Shown piece by piece: positions 55,879 to 64,000 of a stretch of DNA of 64,000 nt. A program made the translations under genes and the position numbers. Below the pieces are notes generated by a model. It was not told where the DNA came from. It worked only from the letters and a program-made list of their open reading frames with translations, and did no database searches. The DNA is from Patescibacteria group bacterium (GTDB lineage: Bacteria; Patescibacteriota; Gracilibacteria; BD1-5; UBA2023). How positions within the stretch are numbered: the first letter of the stretch is position 1; every line of letters starts with the position of its first letter. The stretch lies in assembly GCA_049293675.1 (NCBI GenBank), contig JBAQBR010000001.1, forward strand, positions 38,273 to 102,272. The letters run 5' to 3'.

Positions 55879-57162
55879 ATGCGTCGAATCCTCCTCTCCA
55901 TCATCATACTTTTTGGCTTCTGGAACTCTGTTTCTGCGGCGAGTTTTCCTTTTACTGACGTGAGTAATTCAGATACCATCTATACTCATCTCACCCGGAT
56001 GATATCAGTTGGCTGAATACTGGACGACGGAAGTGGGGTTTTTGCTGGAGGGAGTCCTGCAAGTAGGGATTTTTTTACCGCGCTGATCTACTCGAGCAAG
56101 TGTCAATCATGTCTCGTCCCAAGAAAGACGGATATCCAGACATATGCTAGTGCGCCATATAGTGATGTGACTACGGGAAATCCATACTATTACTGTATAG
56201 CTCGGGACAAGGCGATTGGCTACCTTGGACAAAAAGAAGACTGTACAACTGGATTCTGTCCGACAGGATGAGTTACACGTATCGAGGCAGTAAAGTGACT
56301 ACTGCGAAGTGCCAATCTCTGGAACGACTCCAAGAATCCACCAGATACTATCATCAACATAGCTGATATCAGTGGAACTTCTGTGAATTATGGATACGCA
56401 AGAAAGTGACTCGAACTCTGACTCATACAAAAAAATACCGACTGAAATATACTACCAGATACTATCATCAGTCGTGCTGAAGCCGTGAAGATGGCAGCAC
56501 AAGTACAGTCATATACACAGTGTACTCCATCTTTTAGTGATATCATCGATACCTCTACAGGACCAACACTCAGCGTGACATGAGCGAGTAACTCATATAC
56601 ACTCTCAATAGCTGACATATCCGCAACTTCGTATAGATGGAGTCTCGGGGATGGCAACATCAGGACTACTACCACTCCAAGAGTCCAACATACATATGAT
56701 GGAGAGTGACTCTATACTGTCTCAGTATTTGCTGTGAGATCTGACAATACTCCAGTTGTTGCTCACACAACAGTACGTGCAACTGGGATACTCGACACCG
56801 ATAAGGATGGAGTCTATGATGATACTGATATATGCCCTCTCGTTGTATGAACAAGTGGCAACAAGTGATGCCCTGTTGTATCTACAAAAAGATACGGAGA
56901 AACCATCGCAAGCCTCCTTGCAGGGATAACAAAGAGTTCTAATTTTACATTGCTTTCTGGAATCAGTACCAATTCCTGTCTGCTCAAGTATCAGTCAAAC
57001 CAAGGACTCATAATAGCAGAACCCATCTGTGACCAGTGTCCATGTCAGAATAAGGTAACAATACTCTCAGAGCTCAGGTCGTGTGATATCATATTTCCAA
57101 GTGTGCTCTCTCCAGATACCTCATTGATATATTCACGTGGTGCATTTTATCAGATTCCTTAG
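55879..57162 (+). CDS. Secreted SLH-domain protein with PKD-like and thrombospondin-type-3-like segments
   Basis: Frame checked throughout. Signal MRRILLSIIILFGFWNSVSAA. Three SLH-like repeats (FPFTDV…, YSDV…VTRIEAVK, ADIS…ISRAEAVKMAA). PKD-like YRWSLGDGN…HTYDGE-G-LYTVSVF. Ca-binding-like DTDKDGVYDDTDICP. Cys-rich C-terminus. Ends TAG 57160-57162. Confidence 0.75.
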
Positions 57163-57164
57163 CT

Positions 57165-57851
57165 ATGCTACCATATATCCTCTTCAGGTCACATAAGGTA
57201 CACTCAACAAAATCAGGCTCCAATATCCTCACACATCGAGGAAGGGGGTCTGATTTTGCTGACATCGGCCCATATATAGTCTGAGATGATACTCGTGATA
57301 TATCCTGGAAGCACTCCGCTCGAACCGAGACACTCTCTAAGAAAATCCGAATAGATGAAGAGAGTTTTCCTATTGTTGTGATTCAAGATATCGACGCTTC
57401 CCATGGATTTTTTACAGAACAATATCCAAAAAGTACATACACACTTGCCACTGAACTCATCGAAAGGATTGTTACTTCATGTAAAAAATACCATTTCCCC
57501 ATAGAGACAATACAGGTAACACCAGATATCAAAAACATCAGAAATAGTATGATATTTTATATCACATCGAGTCTTGATGCCCATCAATTCGAAGAGATAC
57601 GCTGACTCACAGAGTCCAATGACCTGATTGTGGTTCATGTATTCCACCCATACGAGGTATCTCCTGACTCATCGCTGATACTCTGAGGATTCTCAGTAAA
57701 AAAGGACAGCTATCAAAAAGAATTTGAAAAAATACGAAAGAATATAGAAAAAACTATTCAATCAGCAAGATGATCGTATATCATGATTACTACAAATACT
57801 GACAGTGTCAGCGAACTCAATCGATTCTTCAAGACTCGTATCCCATTCTAA
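57165..57851 (+). CDS. DUF58-family protein (short)
   Basis: HRGRGSDFADIGPYIV-G-DDTRDISWKHSARTETLSKKIRIDEE matches the DUF58 core (G.G.eF...R.Y..GDD.R.IdWk.sAR). No MoxR ATPase gene is adjacent. Confidence 0.65.
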
Positions 57852-57878
57852 GGTTCAGAAAATAATCCCATATTCCCT

Positions 57879-58958
57879 ATGTTGGCTCTTGCATACCTTC
57901 ACAGTGCTGGTTTTACACACAAAGACCTCAAAAAACTTTTTGAAATCGAAGAGAACTATGAGGATATCTATGAACTATGTGCGTCAGGGAAATCTATCTC
58001 AACCCCTTGGATTACAACAGAAAGGAAGGCTAAGATACTTGATAATCTAAAAACTCTCGATGTATGAAAAATAGGAAAAATCATACAAGAGAAAAACATA
58101 GCACTCATAACACTCCATGATGAGAGATATCCAGAAAAACTCCGCACAATAAAACAAGCACCATATATGCTCTATGTACGAGGTGACTTGCATGAGGAAC
58201 GTAAGATGCTGGGTATTGTAGGTTTACGCAAGAGTACCAGTTACGGCAAGAAAGTCCTCGAAAAGATAATTCCTGAACTCATCCAATCTGGTTGTTGAGT
58301 TGTGAGTGGTGGTGCATATGGTATCGATGCGATATCTCACGAGATCACACTTGCTCATGGAGGATATACTATATCTGTATTTGGTTGTAGTGTGGATATA
58401 CTCTATCCAGCTCAGAATATACGACTCTTCGAAAATATATTGAAGTTATGAGGTGCTCTTGTCTCGATATTCCCAATAGGAACCAAGGCTGAGTCCTACA
58501 TGTTCCCCATACGTAACGAAGTGGTTGCGGCCCTCTCTGATGGGATCATCATACCCGAAGCAGGAGTCAAAAGTGGGACTCTCATCACTGCAGGGCTCGC
58601 TCTCGAACACGGACGAGATGTATTCGCTGTACCTGGAGATATATTCCGCGAGACCAGTGAGTGAACCAATCAGCTCATTGCTCGTTGAGAGGCGAAGTGT
58701 ATCAAGTCAGCATCAGATATCCTCGAAGACTACTTTCCGAATATGTCCATGACTCCTACTTCCCTCTTTTCACAAAAAGAGTTTGCATCCGAAGAACAAA
58801 AGGTTATATATAGTACTATCTCCGAATGATATGATACACCAGATACTCTCGGACAAAATACTGATTATACGATAGATACAATCATCATGACCCTGGCACT
58901 TCTCGAGATGGACTGACATATCAGACTCTCTACGTCAGGAAGATACGAGATACTCTAA
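57879..58958 (+). CDS. dprA: DNA processing protein DprA (Smf)
   Basis: Frame-0 lines 58021-58950 were checked. Rossmann-like core LGIVGLRKSTSYG…VVSGGAYGIDAISH…YPAQN…FPIGT…FPIRNEVVAALSDGIIIPEAGVKSGTLITAGLALEHGRDVFAVPG. C-terminal winged-helix-like tail. Ends TAA 58956-58958. Confidence 0.9.
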
Positions 58959-58983
58959 ATCCTAAAACCTAACCCCTCCCCCT

Positions 58984-59457
58984 ATGAAATCCGTTGTTCG
59001 AGCATTCGTATTCAACCCTGATGGGAAAGTCCTGATGGCACAACACAAAAAAGATACACCTTGGGTACTCCCTGGTGGACATGTAGAAGGTGACGAATCT
59101 CTCCATGAAGCGATGATACGTGAACTTCAGGAAGAATTCTCTCTTGAGGCGAGATTTTTCGAGATGGATCGTGAAGAGATACTCCATCACAGAGGTAAAA
59201 AACTCACACATCATCCCCTTCCGATATCTATCTACGATCTTGTATATACCAACTCATCATGAGTAGACAAGTCCAGAACAGAGTATGTATTCCTCATGGA
59301 AGCCGACAATGAGATACAGAAAATCCAAAATGAAGAAATCTATGCATATAATTGGTTCGAAGTAGACGACATCCTTATGATGAAACCAAATATTGAAACT
59401 TGGGATTTTATCATCGAGATGCTCGAAAAAATCGTGGGAAATGATGATGAAGAATAG
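58984..59457 (+). CDS. NUDIX hydrolase
   Basis: Nudix box GGHVEGDESLHEAMIRELQEEFS. One TGA (59260-59262). Ends TAG 59455-59457. Confidence 0.85.
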
Positions 59458-59611
59458 GGTAGATTATTTTTCATAGAAATATTATCTTTTGGCTACAGAT
59501 AAGTACGCTGAGAGTTGCAATTTTTCTATTTTTGGATACAATCGGGCGAATACATCACCCATATCTTACTGGTGATTCATTGTCTCTTATACTATCAATT
59601 TTCATGTTCCT

Positions 59612-60637
59612 ATGATTTCTTTTACAAAATTCAAAAAAGTAGCACTTGTCTGAGGATGAACAGGTGGACATGTCACACCGATTGTCGCACTCGTACAAGA
59701 ACACAAGGATACACATATTGACTACATCTGGATCTGAGGCAAGAACTCACTCGAAGAAACTGAGGCAAAAAAAGAAAATATCAAATTCTTTAGTATAAGT
59801 ACCCTCAAACTCGCAACTGTATTCTCTCCCAAGATTATTCTCTATCCATTCATTCTTGTTCGTGGGATACTCCAAGCAAGATCGGTACTCGTACATGAGA
59901 AGCCTGATGTTGTCTTTTCTAAGGGATGACCTGGATCTGTTGCTGTAGGTATAGCAAGTTGGCTCTTGCGAATACCTCTCTGGATACATGAATCAGACAC
60001 TATACCAGGTTGGTCTAATCGTCTACTTGGTCGCATAGCCGAGAAGATATTCCTATGATTCGACATCGCAAGACGACATTTTCCTGATATGCGCTGTACT
60101 GTTGTTGGACAGATCATAAGCCCTGACATGCTCAAGCCACCAAAAGAATACAAATACTGGAAAACAGAAAAAACCCACATATTTGTTATCTGTGGAAGTC
60201 AATGATCACGCAGTATTTTTAAGGCGATTACATCTACATGTAAGTATCTCGATGTTGAATGGATCATCCTTCTTGGACTCCTCAACAAGGATTCTCGTGA
60301 CCTTTTCCATGACTTTCCACACGCAACGATATATGATTGGATTGACTCGCATACAGTTGCCTCCATCCTCAGTAAGTCCGATCTTGTGATCACACGCGGG
60401 AGTGCCACAACACTCGCCGAGATAGATCTCTTCAAAAAAAGAAAAATCATAGTTCCCTACCCATGGAGCTCGCAGAATCATCAACATCACAATGCTATGT
60501 GGTACAAAGAAAATCGTAATGACATAGTAATCGATGATGGAGAACTCATGGATAATCTTCTCAAAACTGTGACAGAAACACTTACGCGTGACACAATAGA
60601 AAAAAAGATGGAACGAGCAGATACATTTTTACGATAA
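59612..60637 (+). CDS. murG: Undecaprenyl-PP-MurNAc-pentapeptide-UDP-GlcNAc transferase (MurG)
   Basis: Hand translation MISFTKFKKVALV-G-G-G-TGGHVTPIVAL, with TGA at 59651-59653 and 59657-59659 inside the GGTGGH motif. …ITRGSATTLAEI… in the C-terminal half. Joins track ORF 60386..60637. Ends TAA. Confidence 0.85.
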
Positions 60638-60648
60638 GTTTCCGAAAG

Positions 60649-62418
60649 ATGGAAAAGCCATACACAAAAACCGAAACATTCAAAGAGATAACCATTCATC
60701 TAAAAAAAGTAAAAAAGGACTGGAAGGTCCTTCTTTTTCTATTATTACTCCTTGTTGGTGCCATATCGAGTGAGCCTTATTTTTATAAGTGGCTCATATC
60801 CAGCATAGAAGAACAGAGGTGAATCACTGATCTTTTTATCATCATATCGATATGGACGGTTGTATGAGTATCTACGATTTTCCTACGATACGCCTATGGC
60901 ATGAGACTCCTCTCTCGTGCAATGGACGATTGGGGGAACTTCCTGATGAAGATCATGTCGAAGATGCACCTCCTCCCAATAGAGTATCATCGCAATATCC
61001 AAGCTTGAGAAAAACAAAAGATTGTCGATCGGGCAGCAGAAGCAGTCTGGACTGTAGCGGATAATTTTATCCTCGCGGTATTGCCTCAATTACTCGTCTT
61101 TATCGTACTTCTTGTATCTGGCATTATTATTGATCCTGTCTTCACTCTTATCTGTCTCGCATTCCTACCTATGTGAGTACTCTGAGTATACTACTTCGGG
61201 AACCAAGCACATACGAACCAACGAGTCGCCAACAAAAAATGGGATAGGATGTATGATAGACTTATGGATGGCATTATCAATCTTCCTGTAATTCGTATAT
61301 TCGCGCGGTCAGACCGAGAATACGATATCATGCGGACACGACTCGATGAGTGAAGTGATGCACAAGTGGTTGTACGGAAGAACTGGAGTCAATTCAACGC
61401 TTTTGGCAGGTTTTTTACTGTGATAGCGAAACTCATCACGATATCTGGAGGGGGCATCCTCCTCTATATGGGCAAGACTGATTTCCCAACATTTTTCTTT
61501 TTTATAGCTTTTACCGATAGGATATATTCCCCTATTATGGAACTATTCAATGTCGTACAGAACAGCATGCGCGACATCGCCTACTATGAAAAAGCGAAAG
61601 AAGTATTCATGATGGAAGATGAGAAAGACGATGGAAAAGAACTCCTCAAGTCCATCAAAAAATCTATCCGATTTGAGAACCTCTCATTTTGCTATCCATC
61701 TTCTCCACGTGAGGTCCTCTCAGGTATTGATTTTGAGATAGAGAAGTGACAACGCATCGCTCTCATCGGACACACAGGAAGTGGAAAATCCACCATCATC
61801 CAACTCCTCATGCGATTCTATGAGCCAACGAGTGGCAAGATACTCATCGATGGGACTGATATATACAACTACACTCTCACATCCTACAGGCAGAAGTTCG
61901 CTGCAGTATTCCAGGATACAACGCTCTTCAACGAGACTATCAGACACAATCTCGAGTATGTCCGAGATGGTATCACGGAAAAAGAACTCAAAAAAGCATG
62001 TAAAGAAGCCAATATCCTCGAGTTCATCGAGTCACTTCCTGAAAAGTGGGAGACTCAAGTTGGTGAGAGAGGACTCAAGCTCTCAGGTGGAGAGAAGCAA
62101 CGTATCGCTATAGCACGATCCATACTCGCCAATCCCGAGATACTCATCCTCGATGAGGCAACAAGTGCACTCGATACCAAGACTGAGCGACTTGTACAAG
62201 AAGCATTCGACCACCTCATGGATGGACGTACGAGTATCATCATCGCGCACCGCCTCTCGACTATTCAGTCAGCAGACATCATCTACCTCATGGATAAGGG
62301 TCGTATTATCGCCTCTGGCAATCACTCCGAGCTCTATAGATCTTCAAGAGAATACCAAGAGATGGTCGATATGCAACATGATGGATTCGTGGGGGAAGAT
62401 GAAGAGGAGGATTCTTAA
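60649..62418 (+). CDS. ABC exporter, fused permease/ATPase (MsbA/ABCB-like)
   Basis: ATG 60649. Six-TM region, then Walker A GHTGSGKST, signature LSGGEKQR and Walker B ILILDEATSALD. Fragments 61366..61749 and 61810..62418 are colinear. Confidence 0.9.
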
Positions 62419-62432
62419 CTTTCTATATAATC

Positions 62433-62759
62433 ATGTCTACCTCTAGTTCCACTCTCGACTACATTCTCGAATGTCTCTTATGCGTTCCTGACCTCCGAGC
62501 AAAAGCTATGTTCTGAGAATATGGAATATACTCATGAGATCGCATGTTCGCACTTGTCTGTGATGGGACGCTCTTTTTTAAGACCTTTCCACAGACGATA
62601 GGATACTTCGAGGATACCGAGACCAAGGCGTATCCAGGAAGCAAGAACACTGCACCAGCCAATCCTGACTGGCTCGAGAATCGGGAAGAACTCCTGAAGG
62701 TAGCTACTCTCACTCTATCTCTCACTCCACCACCCAAACCAAAAAAGAAGAGATGTTAG
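62433..62759 (+). CDS. TfoX N-terminal-domain-like protein
   Basis: ATG 62433. …LRAKAMF-G-EYGIYS-G-DRMFALVCDGTLFFK… resembles the TfoX_N core (MFGgyglY.dg.mFalv.d..LyfK). Basic Pro/Lys tail. Ends TAG 62757-62759. Confidence 0.55.
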
Positions 62760-64000
62760 CCTCCTCTATATCGTTCCCTTGCCTCCGCAGCACTCTCCTT
62801 CTGTCACACAATCGGTCGATGATATCTGCCTGAGAGATTCAGTGTATGGATATCTCTCGGTTCAATTCACTCAAGTTCCGGAATATATTGCTTGATGAAC
62901 TCGCACTCAGTATCGAACTTCTCTGATTGTAATAGGGGGTTAAAAATACGTACAGGCTTGGGGTCTGCACCCACACTTGCACTCCACTGCCAGTTCCCAT
63001 AATTCACTGCCTCATCATAATCGATGAGGTATTTTTTGAAGAACTTCTCCCCTATTCTCCAGTCATATCCGAGATTCTTGGTGAGAAAAGATGCTACTAC
63101 CATACGCAGACGATTGTGCATCCAGTTGATCTCTATAAGTTGACGGATAGCTGCATCGACGAGTGGATATCCTGTTTCTCACTTTTCGAACTTTTCATAC
63201 TCATATGTATCTGTATCCGTTTTCCATACAATCGAGCGTCTACGTTCCTGGAATTCGAGCTCATATGTGAATGGGAAATAATACGCAATCTGATACCAGA
63301 ACTCTCGCCAGATAATCTCCGAGAGAAGTGTAGGATTCGATGCAACATTCTGATATATCTCCCGCACTGAAAATATCCCAAGCCTGATATACGGAGAGAG
63401 TCTCGTTGAGCCATCAACTGCAGGGAGATTGCGCAGATCATCATAGTGAGAGAAATCTCTCTCAAGTCTCTCTCGACCAAGTGCAAGACCCCAATACTTA
63501 TGATATGGTACCGTGATACTCTCAGATATCTCCTTCCTATCTTCAAGAACAAGCCACTTCACACTCGAACCATCGAACTCCTGTATCCCGACGCGTTCTG
63601 GATGTGCTATGAGGAACTTCTTCCACAGCATTGAATACGGTGTAAATACTTTCCGTTGTTCACACTCATGTGGCTCAACGAGGAGGAAATCCTGATACGA
63701 GTGAAATCCAACATCATGGCTACGACAATAGAACATGATAGCTTCATCGCGTGTTTTACCACGAGGACTATAACTCCGATTCATAAATACCGCATCGATA
63801 TGATACTTCTCTATAAGTTCTCATATTATATCCTCAGGTTTTCACTGGTAGACCGCGAGTCTCCCACCATACTCCTGGAGTTCTGTATCGATAGATTCCA
63901 GCGCTTCACGGATCAATCCAAAACGCCTATCATCCATACCGAACTCCTCTATTGCACGAGTATCATGGATAAAAATAGGAAGTACTTCTTTTGAATTTCG
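62756..64000 (-). CDS. phr: Deoxyribodipyrimidine photolyase / cryptochrome family (5' end beyond window)
   Basis: Fragments 62867..63121 and 63179..63784 are colinear and the frame stays open to position 64000. Motifs TGYPLVDAAIRQL…WMHNRLRMVVASFL and DYDEAVNYGNWQWSAS. Reads through TGA 62867 to …YHRPIVGQKESAAEAR…, TAA 62756-62758. Overlaps the convergent TfoX-like stop by 4 nt. Confidence 0.9.

Overview
Manual re-annotation shows a gene-dense chromosomal segment from a bacterium that reads TGA as glycine. This is translation table 25, known only from Gracilibacteria/BD1-5 and Absconditabacteria/SR1 in the Candidate Phyla Radiation. The supplied six-frame track uses the standard code, so it splits almost every gene at TGA. 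Reading through TGA joins the fragments into about 54 intact CDS that all end in TAA or TAG, many directly followed by a hairpin terminator. The window also holds one tRNA-Asn(GUU) and one tmRNA. Gene content falls into four groups. (1) Housekeeping: metG, valS, cysS, argS, pyrH, lgt, a murF-like gene, murG, an ABC-F ATPase and an ABC exporter. (2) Recombination and DNA uptake: radA, recX, a recO-like gene, dprA, a TfoX-like gene, and a prepilin peptidase plus pilin. (3) Regulation: an OmpR/HK two-component pair. (4) A very large set of cell-surface genes. These are a 1,721-aa tail-fibre/YadA-like adhesin, a 1,736-aa protein joining a VirB2-like module to a PKD array, a 773-aa PKD membrane protein, two SLH-domain proteins and two M23 peptidoglycan hydrolases with unusual fusions. 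I recognised no rRNA, CRISPR array, transposase, integrase or prophage genes. All coordinates were derived by hand. Stops and frames were checked codon by codon for most long genes. Start codons and hairpin limits are the least certain. Family assignments rest on motifs I can read in the translation, not on database searches.
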